Below are positions 1 through 13,597 of a stretch of DNA of 64,000 bases, one piece after another. This DNA is from Botryllus schlosseri. Its lineage: Eukaryota. The notes beneath the pieces are model-generated. The model saw only the letters and a list, made by a program, of their open reading frames with translations. It searched no databases and had not been told where the DNA came from. Both the position numbers and the translations under genes were made by a program. The stretch covers positions 38,008,001 through 38,072,000 of the forward strand of contig CM119372.1 in NCBI GenBank assembly GCA_051294905.1, read 5' to 3'. How positions within the stretch are numbered: the stretch's first letter is position 1; each line of letters begins with the position of its first letter.

Positions 1-590
1 CGAACAATATGATGACACTTTCCAAGGCGAAGTCTCGCATTTCTGAACTAGTATCTTAAAATAGGTTTACCATATATCCTCCTTAAGGATTCGTCCAATT
101 TTATCGCTTCGATAGCTATAGGCTAATGGGCAGCCAAAACTTTAAAAACGTCATAAATGACGTGCGATCTGCAATGCGGATGTTTGCGCTGGTCATATTT
201 TGGTCAACACAACATAATTTCCCAAAAAAATCTTAGAATCGGTCATTTGCTAGTCCGGTAATATGACTTTTGTAATTTGTAAGAAGTGCCCTCCTTTCCG
301 GATCCCAAAATATGGTGACCCGACTTGAAAGGAACAGTAGAAGTCCTACTGATTTGAATAAAATATTCATTATATTGTATTCATTTTGTGTGAAATTCAT
401 ATTATTTTTATGACTCGGCGAAAATTCGATGATTTCGCAGGATAACGGATTGGCGTAAGTGTTTTCTAGATGTATTCCAACATGAAGTATCACGATTACA
501 AGTAGAATGTCGATCTCTGGTGAATGATGGAAGGATAAGCACTCCTTATTGATTTACACCAGTACAGTATCCACTTTTGTAACCAGACAT

Positions 591-2521
591 AAGTGATAGG
601 ATCACTTCACCACATTCGAGTCACGAGTCATCTAGAGCAGTGCTTCTCAACCTTTTTCAGTTCGTGTCCCACTTTTCATCCAAATTTTATTGCGCGACCC
701 ACCAGACACCCTTTCGCGACAAACGTTCAAACCACTGCTCCCTGGACGCCAGTTTTTATGTTTTCAGTGCGGTACAGTTATCTCGTCGCGCCTAGTAGTA
801 CAAAAACACCACGAATACTACAGACAAAAACAGACAATAAAGCGAATATCCAATCAGCAATTTGTCTATTACGTCGAATTAACGGGTTATGAGCAATGTT
901 CCCTCTAAGCTGCGCACGTGCGCAAATGCGCGGTGATGACACGGTCTCTGCGCACAGAAAATCTAATTTGCGCACAAAACATCCGAAGTCATGACCTTTT
1001 GTTTAGTCGTTACGCACTGTTGTCCAATGGTCTGCGCAGTGAGTTGGTGAGTGTGCGCAGACTCGCCAAAAATTAGAGGGAACATTGGTTATGAGGAGCT
1101 TGATTTGTGGTAAGTGGGCTGGATTGCTGCATTCCAGATCAATGTTCGCAAAGACTTCGGAGGAAAGAATGAATTTCAATCTCACGCATACACAATAACG
1201 CACTGTCGGATTTCACGCACCAATCAATATGATTGTGACGAAAATCTGGCTCCCGAATTGTAAACACGGCGACGCAGCTTGTGGCGCTTATGGCGCAAAA
1301 CAATTTAATTTGGAGTAGGGGAATGTGAAATTACTTTTCTAATGTTGAGAATATAAAGTGTTTGGAATATTTGGAAATTTGATAAGGGGCACATGAAAAT
1401 TATTTGAGGTTATAAATTCAACTGCAATCAATGTAGTTCTGAAAGCACTAATCAAGTTCAATACCGCCAGTCACATATTTGAGGTATCTCTACATTTCTC
1501 TGAGAGCTATAAAGGTGACTAACATTTCAAGACTGGTATTTTGCGAATCACGCACAAATCTGAATTTGACTAAACCGGACCAGTACGAGGCTCATGCACA
1601 TTCGGACCAAAAACACATTTTCTCCGTAAGGCTGTATAGCGAGTTTGGTCCGAAAGTGCACGAGCCCCGCAGGTCCGTCAATTACATGTTCAGGAATCAT
1701 CATCCGAAAGTTGAAGAAAACAATGAAAATTTTGACATTTTTCGTTAATTTTTGACTTGAAGCGTGGTAGAGGGCAGATCTACAAATTGGGATCGATGAT
1801 CGTTTTTTATAACGTCTTCGCGGCCCACTGGTGGGTCGCGGCCCACCGGTTGAGAAGCACTAATCTAGAGTCATTGCACCTTTTGACTCGAGTCAAGCAA
1901 TCGATTTCTAAGGTGATTCGAGTCAAGTCAATTCTCAATTCAAGTCAAATTGAATTTTCGAAGTACGAGAGATCATTGATCATTCGAAGTCATTACATTT
2001 TGCTAGCTGTGTTAAAGACAGATTAATTGGCAATTTATCTTGAATGAAATAACGAATATAATGTTAAATATACGAGCAAAAAGGCGTTTCATCGCTCACG
2101 CACACGACGAACTGCTAATTAAATACGTGGGTAATTGCATAGCCACATGCTGCATTTTGTTATTATCTGCCAAAATTGAGGATCGAATATACGCAGCGTC
2201 GAGAATTTGAAACAAATTGGTATGGTACAATACACTGCCCATCTACACATCCGTGTGAAAATAAACGCATAAACTATATTCGCGAAACGTATAATCAGTG
2301 AATGACTGGTTGCTCTCACAAGCGACATTGGCGTATCGCGAACAATCCGAATGATGATACTACGATTTAATCGACACGATGATCGATTCGATGATTTAAT
2401 CGACAATGTTTGCTTGATGACTTGAAATTGACTCGTAAATGTTGATTCGAGTCACGAGTCATTTCACATTTCTGAAGCGCCGAGTCAAGTCAACTCATAC
2501 AAAAAAGTTGACCAAACACTG
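591..2521. mobile_element. hAT-type MITE (GACTCGAGTC-rich family) with nested insertions
   Basis: 8-bp TSD CCAGACAT (583-590 and 2522-2529). Contains MITE 638-1862 (TIR CAGTGCTTCTCAACC, TSD ATCTAGAG), which contains 894-1087. Confidence 0.7.
894..1087. mobile_element. Short hAT MITE (TIR CAATGTTCCCTCTAA)
   Basis: TSD GTTATGAG on both sides; related copies at 38482-38653 and near 28680-29020. Confidence 0.85.
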
Positions 2522-2586
2522 CCAGACATCAATACTGTCGGCTTTCGCGGTTACTCAGCGTGTTTTCTAATGTGACTAACCTAACC

Positions 2587-4177
2587 CAGTGGTTCCTAAC
2601 CGGGGAGGAATTCCCCCCTTGGGGGGAATTTTGCAATTTTTAGGGAGGAATTCCACTTTAGAATTGTAACGGATTTCCCAAAATGTTCATGTCCGAACTG
2701 TCATGTTGGCAACCAGTTATATCAGAGCCTATATGCTCCTTATAGCTGTTTTTTTTTGCTGAAAATATGTTCAAATGCTATTTGAAATCTCTTTCTCCCA
2801 TACAAGTTCGTCCTTGTTTTTTTTTTAACTAGTTCAGATGTGCTTTAGTTCGCAAGACAATTTTGTAGGCCAGAGACGGCCTCTCAATCAAATATATTCT
2901 AAGCGAGCAAATGTCGTGCCAAATCTATCACAACAAGGCCTCTAACAAAAGTATTTATCTTATATTTTCATGTCAACATTTTCATAAAGTGACAAAATAT
3001 TCCAACGTCATCGATTCAAGTCAAAGAGATCGCTAGCCTTGCTTTATTTTTAGTGAACAGCTACTCGATCGAAAAAATGCATGTTAAACTTGGTTCAATG
3101 TTGCCGAAACCGAATGAGTGTCCTAAATTTCAATGAGCTCAAGCAGGAAATCTGATCACGTGTATGTTATATATCAAGGTATATATCAGGGCTGTAACCA
3201 AGTCACGAGGCTCCGAGTCACAAGTCAATTTCACTTTCATAGTTTTGACTCGAGTCAAGTCGAGTCATTTTCAATTCACCATTGAGTCAAGTCCGACGGT
3301 CCAAGTCACCGAGCATAGGGTCGAGTCCGAGTTATGGTATTATGACTCGAGTCCGAGTCCAATTTCTTGTGTTGACTGTTCAGTTTCCAGTTAAAGTCTT
3401 GTTAAACTCACTTTTTATAACTCTGTTTGATGATATTGAATGATTTTGATATATAATATACTAATTTTCCTCACTTTGAGCAGTTTATTGTCGCATTCTC
3501 AAGTACCAGGACCAATAGACGAAATTCCAATAGGAAGGCCACTTTACTGTTCTTCGAAATTACAATGAAATGTCGGTCTTGGCCGTCTTATAGTCACGAT
3601 GTCATATGGCTTGGTTTGAGTCATGTACAATGACTCCAAGTCGAGTCAATACACAGATTGTCTCTGGTCGAGCCGAGTCGTTTCCCTATTTTGAGAAAAT
3701 GACTCGAGTCAAGTCGAGTCATCAGAAAATGCTGACTCGAGTCCGACTCGAGTGTGGTCAATCCTGCTATATATGAAAATACCAATATTATTGGCCAAAT
3801 GCATACGCAACGCACACTTGAGAAAAAAATCGCGAGACCAGCAAATTTATGCATACTGATTTTTCACAGCAGTTATATTAGCGATTGGTGCATGATAAGC
3901 CGAAAACACAAATGGAAGTATGGGGGTCGGTTGAGTCAAGCCTTCCAGAATTTGTTTGATTGGGACCAAGACCATTGTTTTTGGAGGTCTCCAAAGTATT
4001 GTTACAGCCCTACTAGAAACAGACACTCCGTACCTCCGGTCTTATTCTTCGGTCAACAGGTGATTGCGCGGTAAAAATGACATTTTTTAATCATCGGGCA
4101 GATTTCTCGTAAGGGGGGAATTTTGGCACAAATTTCGGCCAAAGGAGGCACGAGATGAAAAAGGTTGTGAACCCCTG
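2587..4177. mobile_element. hAT non-autonomous element with nested MITE 3187-3766
   Basis: Ends CAGTGGTTCCTAACC and GGTTGTGAACCCCTG; TSD ACCTAACC. Inner element CAGGGCTGTAACC..GGTCAATCCTG with TSD (g/c)TATATAT. Confidence 0.75.
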
Positions 4178-4302
4178 ACCTAACCCCTCCGATATATTGT
4201 GTCGCCAAGAACGCTCTCGTGATTCTTGTGTCACGGTTGCGGCGACGAAAGCGGGTGTGTGGGACTTGAATACCGTAATGGATCAACGTTGCGTTCTTTC
4301 AG

Positions 4303-4422
4303 GTCAACTAAGGTCATTGCCAGTCGACTTGGACTCATCTGCTAGCATATCGGAAACGGCTTTCGAATCTGAGTGTAGTGACGCACGCTCCGACAACCAG
4401 ACAGAAAGTAACTTTTCTTCAG
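4303..4422 (+). CDS. Gene A (domesticated piggyBac transposase), acidic N-terminal exon copy 1, phase 1-1
   Basis: Acceptor ttctttcAG|, donor CAG|GTaaat; 120 nt; encodes GQLRSLPVDLDSSASISETAFESECSDARSDNQTESNFSS; homologous to the next two exons and to the QLRSL start of exon 2 in gene B. Confidence 0.7.
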
Positions 4423-4439
4423 GTAAATGATCTGTAGAT

Positions 4440-5598
4440 TGGGGTTGCCATACGTCCGGAATTTCCCGGACATGTCCGGAATTTCACTGTTCAAACTAGC
4501 GTCCGGGAGGAATTTCAAAAATATGCCAAATGTCCGGAATTTTGAAGACTTGACGTACGCTCATAACTTTTTCGTAAATCAGCATAAAAACAATATTTTT
4601 TCGGGAATATTTATGCTGATGCATGACATTTTTCTTCGCGCTGCGCGCGATTTACTGTAACATTTATTGATTTCAATATGAAGACTACCACCCTCGCAAA
4701 AACTGCAATAAAATATACATAAAAACAAAACCTTCATTTACTGGAATAAGCCTAATTGTAATCGCAATTATAGGAGAACGGTATATTCCTAGAGAACGTT
4801 AAGGCCGTTTAAATGCTCTATTCAAAGATAATGGTTCCAAACGGTTGGTCGTTTGCCTTTATTCTGGCGCTTGCGAATATGTTGAACGTAATCAGCTTCC
4901 AAAATAGCCCGCGAGTAAGTCTGGGCAAAGGTGCTGACTTATTTTAGTAATCAGCTCGTCAAATATTGATCTGGGCCACGGAACACTTTCAAATTGGAGG
5001 TAGAGTCGCGACCATAAAAGGTTGGAAACAACTGGATGTTTTTTTTATAAAGCTCCCTGGTGCGCACCGGCAAGTTGCATAGATTACCCTATAGTGTGGG
5101 CTCAAAATCATTGTTTATTTGGGCGGGAAGGGGCTGAAAACATGTGCTTTCGGTCATGGTTACACAACACACAGCCACATACTCCTGAACCGGATCGTGA
5201 CCAGAGATGGGCGGATTCCTAAATTTCGGGATCCCAATCTATCCGGATCCGGCTGGCAATCGGAAATTCAGAGTCCGAAAAAATCCGGCTGGTGGAAGGT
5301 CCAATTCGGAATCCGAAAAATCCTGCCAGAATAATTCTAATTAATTATATTGCAGCAACAGAATCCGGCTAAAATCCGACCGTCACTGCAAATTCAAAAT
5401 CCGGATCCAGTCCGGCCAGGTACAAAAGCAATGAAATCCTGCTCCGGCTCCTGAACCGGAATGTGCCCATCTCTGATCGTGACCATCTCTGGTCTATGAG
5501 CAAAGCTTTGCTAGTGTGACGTCACTACTCATTTTGAAATCCACCAGTGGGCGCTAAAGAGTGTCCGGAATTTGGATTGCTGCAATATGGTAACCCTG
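4440..5598. mobile_element. hAT (Tip100-like ends) MITE with nested ATCCGG-rich MITE 5202-5475
   Basis: Ends TGGGGTTGCCATA and TATGGTAACCCTG, TSD (c/g)TGTAGAT. Inner TIR CAGAGATGGGC, TSD ATCGTGAC. Confidence 0.75.
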
Positions 5599-5768
5599 GT
5601 GTAGATCCAAGTAAAATGTGAAGTTACTGTAGCTGAGTATTGCCGAATCGCCCTTTTAGATTATAATAATAAATGATAATATGACTGCGACTGAAAATAA
5701 CTTCTCACTGCTCAAGCGGTCGCGGTCATGCTTCATGTTTCATGTTTACCGGTACTTATTTGCTGTAG

Positions 5769-5867
5769 GGCAGGCGCGGTCGTCGCCGAAAGACTTGGAC
5801 TCGCTCTTGAGCATGTCAGAGACGGATGTCGAGTCTGAACATGATGAAGACAATAATTGGTCGCCAG
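5769..5867 (+). CDS. Gene A acidic exon copy 2, phase 1-1
   Basis: tttgctgtAG| ... CCAG|GTagat; 99 nt; GQARSSPKDLDSLLSMSETDVESEHDEDNNWSP; shares the DLDS-x3-SET-x2-ES motif. Confidence 0.75.
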
Positions 5868-7255
5868 GTAGATTGCCAAGTGTAGCCGTTACCCCGTTTA
5901 TTTAAGTCTATGGTTGTATAAATTACTTCATTCGAGAAAGAAAATGACTTGCTTAATCTGATGATACAGTACGCTATTGAAAATCGTCGACCACCAACAT
6001 CTAGTCTAACGCATTATTAATAATGCCAGGTAACCTAAACTAGATATAATGCGTCTAAACCAGGGCTCTATAACCGAGTGTATCGTACACCCCAGAGTGT
6101 ACCAAGACTTTAAAAGGGTGTACCACTCAGATGGGGTGTACTGGGGTGTACCAGAGCCGCATTAAAATGGACCAATGACTAGCTACCACAATAAACAGGC
6201 AAGTTTATGCTTCGGAACAAGTTGACCGGGTGTGCAATATCATGTTCAGGGGCGGCTTTACAAAACAACTACCGCACTGCGCAATCAGCATTGACCGTCA
6301 CAATTCGAGAGCATCGTTACCGATGAAATTGACTTACCGCAAAACGTAGGAATCGAGAGAAAACGTGAACGGTCTGCGTCACAAATGTCATAGTCCGCGG
6401 AGTTTGGTATTACAAAACTGATATTAGCGCATATTGCTCGTGGTCACTTACAGCCTAGCTCAGGGGTGGACAGACTATGGCCCGCGGGCCGCATGCGGCC
6501 CGCAACACTGTTCTGTGCGGCCCGCGAGAGTTAATTTTTTTTTTAAATATTGATAAAATGCGTACTAAAAATCGAATTATTGCAGGGAGTTGATTAAACG
6601 TTTTCTTAGTATATTTCACCATGATAATTCTAAGACAGTGGTTCTCAAACTGGGTGGCGCGCCCCCCTTCGGGGCATGAAAGCATCTGAAGGGGGCGCGA
6701 AGTTGAGCTAAACTGAAAAAAAATTCGCGCTCCTCGCGATTTACATCCAATTCATAATTGATGCTCTGTATTTAGTCTTAATTTCATATTTCAAAATATC
6801 TCATCCATCAGTCATAACCTTCCATGCCATTAAACTATCTGTTAGGTCTGCTAGCATCATGGTTGCGTTTTGTGATGTCACAATAAGGGGGCGCGAAATC
6901 TTTCACGATCATAAAGGGGGCGTGTCTTAAAAAATTGAGAACCACTGTTCTAGGGTAACTAATTCCTATGTTCTTTTTCATGTGCTTATTTCATATATTT
7001 TTAAGTTCATTTTTCTCCAGGTAAATCATGTATAGCTCCGCGTAACTTGTCAGATTACTTGATGCCTATTATCGGCTAATCGGCGTTATTGCAATGTGAC
7101 TACTGACTATCTAGAAACTTGAGTCAATATCGCTGCGTCGAATGTGAGGTCTCGTTGATGCGACGTGCGTCTCGATAATCACGGCGGATATTAGTGAGTG
7201 AAGGACCTACACCGTAGGTAGACGATTCAATTTGCGTATCGTTACTTTGTTACAG

Positions 7256-7375
7256 GGCGGCTTCTGTCTCCGACGAACGACCTGGACTCATTCCTGACCA
7301 TATCAGAGACGGCTGCCGAGTCTGGAAATACGGCTGCGAGCTACGATCATGACGAAGACATTGATTTGTCGCCAG
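7256..7375 (+). CDS. Gene A acidic exon copy 3, phase 1-1
   Basis: ctttgttacAG| ... CCAG|GTaaat; 120 nt; GRLLSPTNDLDSFLTISETAAESGNTAASYDHDEDIDLSP; not in the ORF track, translated by hand. Confidence 0.75.
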
Positions 7376-8413
7376 GTAAATCACTTGGCGTCAGCCTATA
7401 CTGATAGTTACTAGATCAGGGTGGCCAACCTTTTCGGTCAATTAAGGGCCAGATACAATTGATGAATTATTGTGCGGGCAACTCGAATGTCCGATTGGGG
7501 CGAACCGGATTAGGTATAACGGTTAAAGCAAGACCCATTTTAATCGATAATATTTATGTCACGAAAACTCCCTCCAAAGATCATAAAGGAATTAGGTCAA
7601 TAATATTGATATTTGTATATATTGCGGGTCGCCTCTGTTTACCGCTGCGCTCAGTTTGTAAGGACAGGACTGTATGGCGCCTGGACGTACATCGATGTGG
7701 AGGGTTTCGGCCAACATACGTCTATCATTGATCGAGTGGAAACAAATCGCGCGAAGCTAAGCGCGAAGAAAGATTTCAAGTTAAATAAACCTAACGAGAA
7801 ACATTATACTTTATGGTAATACACGAATATCCATGAAACATGTGGCTGGCCCCTGACTTCGGAACTGATATTTTAGTCATGAACATCCCAAACTTCGCGG
7901 CGAGGCTAATCAAATTGATGGTTGGCTGTTGCAAGTTCAAAAAAATTACCTGGGCGATTCATTTTTGATAATATAACTAATTTCGAATATTAACTCGTGG
8001 CCACTCGAAACCTTCTCGCGGACCAAGGGGTGGCCGCCCCTGTACTATAGATGATGGCTGAGTATACTATAGTTACCGTCGCGTAAGCCACGTTTGTCAA
8101 TTGAAATTACAGCTCTTCACCATTATTTTGCGATCTTGGTAGGCCTGTTCCACACTCAACCAATTCGGTGTCGATTTGAATTTTAAGCCCTATTGCAGAA
8201 AAATCATGTGAATACTCAAATATTTTTGGCAAAGCTTCATAAAATATATAGGAATTGGTATCCATATATACTACTAAAAACAAAACCGCTTTCAGTACTG
8301 CAAAACAAAGTAGCTCCTCAGCATTGACTTCTATGCCAAATCTTTGCATGGTCACGAATAGGCTACTACTTGTCGGACGCAAGGCATTATTATTTTCTCA
8401 ATTCATTTCTCAG

Positions 8414-10146
8414 AGATAACAAGCACGCCACCGAAGAAAAAGAAAAGGCGTGGCGATAGCACTGAATACGTTTGGGGGAAAACAGTTCCAACCGGCCGCG
8501 AACAGTTAGTGTACAGCAAAAAGTCATACGTGAAGAGCAGGACCCTGAACGCACAACCATCCGCCTTGAATTGCTTCCTCTCTCTATTTTCAGAGGAGGT
8601 AATCAAAATGGTGGTGGACATGACCAACAAAAATTATCACAGGAAAGAGAAAGAACGGATTGAAATGAGAAATGCACGTACTAAATGCGATCCTGCTAGC
8701 ACGCCAAAGAGTAGTCGACCCCACAGCAGTCCGTGGACTGATATAACTGTACCAGAAATGAAGGCTTTCATAGCTCTACTCATAGCGACTGGGTTAGTGA
8801 AAATGCCAACGCTAGCCATGTACTGGCGCAGCACTTGCGCCGCGACTAGATGCGTGGGATTCCGCGAGGTAATGGGCCGCGACCGGTTTTGCGATATTTA
8901 TCGGCATCTCCGCGTAGCAGATTTCGAAGACGAGACCAGCCAGGCGCCTTCGAACGACCAACCGAATCAAAACATCAAACGTGACAAGTTGCAAAAAGTC
9001 AGACAGTTCTCCGAGCTGGTCCGTAGGAACTGCATGGAAAAATACGCTCTCGGGAAAAACGTCGCCATCGATGAATCGATGATTGCATTCCAAGGTCGCG
9101 TTGCTTTCAGACAGTTTCTCCCAGCAAAAAGGGAGAGATACGGCATAAAGGTTTGGGTGTTAGCTGAATCGGGGACTTCGTACGTGTCAAATTTCGCAAT
9201 CTACGCCGGTAGAGAGACCAGAGACCCTCAAGCAGACCCAAACCGGAAAATGGAACTGGGAAGAGCCGTGGTGATGAGTTTGATGGAACCGTTTTTGAAC
9301 GAAGGCCGCCATCTTTACACGGATAACTTCTACACAAGCCCAGCGCTGTTGGATGAACTATACGAGAACGGCACGTATGCTTGCGGTACAGTTCGTAGAA
9401 CCAAGAAAGGCTTTCCGAAAGATCTAATCATCCAAACAACTGGCGCTAGCCGCTGCGAACGGGGTCATTTCGATTGGCTCATGTCTGGCAATATTTTGTG
9501 CTATTCGTGGTTTGACAACAGACCGGTGTACATCATGTCTACCATACATTTCCCGGATGAAATTAAAGAAGATGGCTGCACAAATGGCATGGTGAAGAGA
9601 CGTTGGAAATCTCGAGAGCCTAAAGAAGTACCATGCCCGTCTGTTATTAAAGATTACAATCGTCACATGGGCGGTGTGGATGGCAACGACCAGATGCGCA
9701 AATACTACAATCTCAACAGAAAATCACGGGTATGGTACCGCAAAGTGTTCGGCTACCTTCTAGAGATTTGCGTGCACAACGCGCGGGTTATGCTGGAGAA
9801 CATACAAGGGAGACGATCGCAGGGCATTGCGTTCAGAGAAGATTTGATCAGACAGCTTATCGGAGAATACAGGAACAAGACCGTGTCAATTCATAATCTC
9901 CCACCTCGGTCAATTTTGAAATCTCTACGTCACGATAAAAGCGAGTGGCATCTACCTAAGAGCGGCGAATACAGGGCGGTTTGCCGATATTGTTCTGAAC
10001 GCGCAAAGGCCGCCAAAGCCGACGGGGCGACGCTCAATGTCCACCGGTCTACTATCTTTTGCACGGCTTGTCACGTTGCTCTGTGCTTTAATGGGTCACG
10101 GGAATGCTTCCGGTACTATCACGAAGAAGTGAAATGTTGGCCCTGA
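8414..10146 (+). CDS. Gene A terminal exon: piggyBac-family transposase (PGBD-like) with intact DDD triad, NLS and C-terminal Cys-rich domain
   Basis: Acceptor catttctcAG| in frame with ORF 8509-10146. Begins EITSTPPKKKKRR (SV40-type NLS). Motifs VAIDESM (D at 9070), YTDNFYTS (D at 9322), YNRHMGGVDGNDQ (D at 9679 and 9688), GTVRRTK. C-terminal CRYC..CTACHVALC..CFRYYH. Confidence 0.93.
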
Positions 10147-12369
10147 TACGTTTCGACGGTTTATTGAAGGTCAAAGGCAATTGTAGATCTGCGTCGTTTA
10201 TTTTATTTCGATGCTGACAAGCAAAGCACATAATCCAGTTAGGTTTACCATTTTTTCGTAGCTTAAATTCCGGACACTCTTTGGCGCCTGCTAGTAGCAG
10301 TATGAACACTTTGTCTGTCGATATGACGCCACGCTAGTATTGCTTTGCTTTTCGACTGAATACAGACTGTAGTCGATTTTCAAACATAGATCCCGAATTA
10401 ACTAGGCTGTAAGGCCTGGTGGTTACTTACTAGAGTTGATAATCTCATATGGTCTGACTTCTACCGTAACATGCAGCATTCCTTTTGCCGCTTACTTTTA
10501 TAGACTATCTTTTCTTTTATCCTGTGTGCACGCGTCTTATGTACATGATGTAGGCCAAGGTGGGTGTCTGATTAAAATGATACTCCAAGTCGTTTCGGTA
10601 CCTTCCTATCCTTTCATTATATCGCAATCTTGTGTTGCTTATTCAACCAGTCAATGAAATTTATGTAAATAATACATCGTTGTCTAATGTCGTGATTTGA
10701 TATGTTTATTGTATCATAAAAACTAAATTCGTGGTTGCTACTGTAAAACTTGTTGATAAGGTGATAGAATGGAGAACATTTAAAAAGTATAGAAACCCGT
10801 TTCACTCTCTGCCAGTGTTGGGATCAAGTCACTACCTTCGAGTCACGAGTCATCTCTGCAGATTTTGACTCGAGTCAAGTCAAGTCACTCGATTTTCAAA
10901 GATGACTCGAGTCAAGTGAAGTCACCCGATTTTTGAAGATGACTCGAATCAAGTCGAGTCGAGTCACTAGTCGAGTCAAGGTGAATTTTTAAAGTACGAT
11001 ACGTTATTGAGGGTCATTACATTTTGCTAACTGTTTTACAGATGAGGTCCCCATTTATTCTAAATCGAGGAACGAATAAAGAGTTGATTATACACGCAAT
11101 AAGGCGCTCTATCGCTCATGCATAGGCTACGTAGAAATGACAAACTACGCAATTATAGCGGTATAGCCTCAGTCTATAACAGGGGTGGGAAAGCTGCGAC
11201 TCGCGAGCTGCATGCTGTTCTTTTGAGTATTTGATTGCGGCTCTTCAATTAGTGTGCAATGTGCATTCGGTGATATTGAATGTAAAGTAAGCCAATGTGC
11301 CTTTTCCGTCAGGATTCGCCCAACATTAGTCACAAAGCTAGAATTTAAACGTCATTATGAAACCAAACACCAAAACCTTAATTGCCAAGAGTTACCCCAA
11401 AATACGTATTTACGAAGTATTATGATTACCGTGCTCCGCACTGTTTGACGTCATATCAGTTCGATTTCAAACACCTTACAGTCTAGGTGGAGACGCATCG
11501 TCTTATACCACACAATAATAAACTTCATTCGATACGCAGCATTTCCTTGTGACGGAATAAATTGGTATATATAAATTTTAGTGTTGTGACTCTTTTAAGG
11601 CAACGATTTTTGATATGCGGCTCGCGCCTGAACCAGCTCTGCCCACCCCTGATCTATAATTATCAGCCAAAATATAGGATAACATATATGAAGCATCAGA
11701 AAGTTCAACAAAATGATATGGAGCAATACCCTACCCACATATATATCCATGATATACAATTATTAACGTATGGAGTGTTACGTGGGTTATTGTATGTATC
11801 ATGATGATGCTTCCCTGTAAAGTACCAAGTTATGACGTCATGCCTTACCCAACTGTGCATGACCGCATCACTCGTGCTTGACCGCTTCATCTCTTATCTC
11901 ATCTTTGGTTGATGGCACATGGAAGACCACTGTGATTCTATTAGAATTTTTGGCAGAAATCCGTGATCGGGTGAATCATGGAAATATACTCGGGTGTCAT
12001 GACGTTTTGTGCTTTGGAAATTACATCGGCATATCCGGGAACCTCTTGCCAGACTATTTTTTGGTGATGTATTCAACGACAAATGCATGTAAACGACGGT
12101 TTTCGGGTGTATTTCCGGGTATAATGACGTAAGAACAATTTTAAGAAGACGAATGGATACCTACTACGCAGCCGTTTGACTGAATATTTTGCAGAGAAAT
12201 CGCCAGAAATGTGTCGATGATAACGCTCAGCAGACCATGTCTATCGACAATCCTTGGGGTATAAATATATTTCGAAGAGTGCGAGAATGGCTTGACACCG
12301 GCGGCAGCTACAAAGAATCATCATTTTCCCGAATATATGATCACGACGAATAGTAGAACACTTTTTTAA

Positions 12370-13597
12370 AAGATTTAGGCTCCAGACTCTACATATATCT
12401 CATTAGAATCAAATTGAAATCGGATATTTTAAAAATTTTGATAATCCGGACACAATTTTGGCCCCAGTTGGACCCTTGGGACGTCGACTTGAATAATAAT
12501 TTTGGTCTCGATAGAAGCGGTCAGACTAGTAGAATCCATTTCAAAATGAATTAGGCTTTGGACTCCACATATATCTCATTAGAATCGAATTGAAATTGGA
12601 CATATTCGAAATTTCAATAATCCGGACACAATTATGGCCCCAGATCGACCCTTGGGACGTCGACTTGAATAATAATTTTGGTATTGATGGAATCGGCTAG
12701 ACTAGTAGAATCCATTTCAAAAAGAATTAGGCTTCGGACTCTCCACATATCTCATTAGAATCGAATTGAAATCAGACATTTTCGAAATTTTGATAATCCG
12801 GACACAATTATGGCCCCAGATCGACCCTTGGGACGTCGACTTGAATAATAATTTTGGTATTGATGGAATCGGCTAAACTAGTAGAATCCATTTCAAAAAG
12901 AATTAGGCTTCGGACTCTACATATATTTCATTAGAATCGAATTGAAATTGGACATTTTCGAAATTTCATAATCCGGACACAATTATGGCCCCAGTTGGAA
13001 CCTTGGGACGTCGACTTGAATAATAATTTTGGTCTCGATAGAAGCGGCCAGACTAGTAGAATCCATTTCAAAAAGAATTAGGCTTCGGACTCTACACATA
13101 TCTCATTAGAATCGAATTGAAATCGGACATTTTCGAAATTTTGATAATCCGGACACAATTATGGCCCCAGTTGGACCCTTGGGACGTCGACTTGAATAAT
13201 AATTTCTGTCTCGATAGAAGCGGCCAGACTAGTAGAATCCATTTCAAAAAGAATTAGGCTTCGGACTCCACATATATCTCATTAGAATCGAATTGAAATC
13301 GGACATTTTCGAAATTTTGATAATCCGGACACAATTATGGCCCCAGTTGGACCCTTGGGTCGTCGACTTCAATAATAATTTTGATCTCGATAGAAGCGGC
13401 CAGACTAGTAGAATCCATTTCAAAAAGAATTAGGCTTCGGACTCTACATATATCTCATTAGAATCGAATTGAAATTGGACATATTCGAAATTTCGATAAT
13501 CCGGACACAATTATGGCCCCAGATCGACCCTTGGGACGTCGACTTGAATAATAATTTTGGTATTGATGGAATCGGCTAGACTAGTACAATCCATTTC
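12370..13597 (+). repeat. Tandem array, 7 x 176 bp (left foldback arm)
   Basis: ACGTCGAC anchor at 12481, 12657, 12833, 13008, 13184, 13360 (TCGTCGAC variant) and 13536. Confidence 0.95.

Noticed and set aside
860..1115. YEELDL..GTAAGT as the first exon of gene A
   Set aside because: It lies inside nested MITEs, is split by an insertion, and the donor would be phase 2.
8414..10146. Gene A as an autonomous piggyBac transposon
   Set aside because: No TTAA-CCC..GGG-TTAA ends were found around it. The GGGTTAA (~14057) and TTAACCC (~16896) motifs point away from each other and lie inside the foldback element. The ORF starts at a splice acceptor.
11776..11925. Link between the LTR length (~176 bp) and the 176-bp repeat unit
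   Set aside because: No sequence similarity; treated as coincidence.
12370..13597. 176-bp array as a CRISPR array
   Set aside because: Whole units repeat with no unique spacers, there are no cas genes, the context is eukaryotic, and the array is mirrored in a TE arm.
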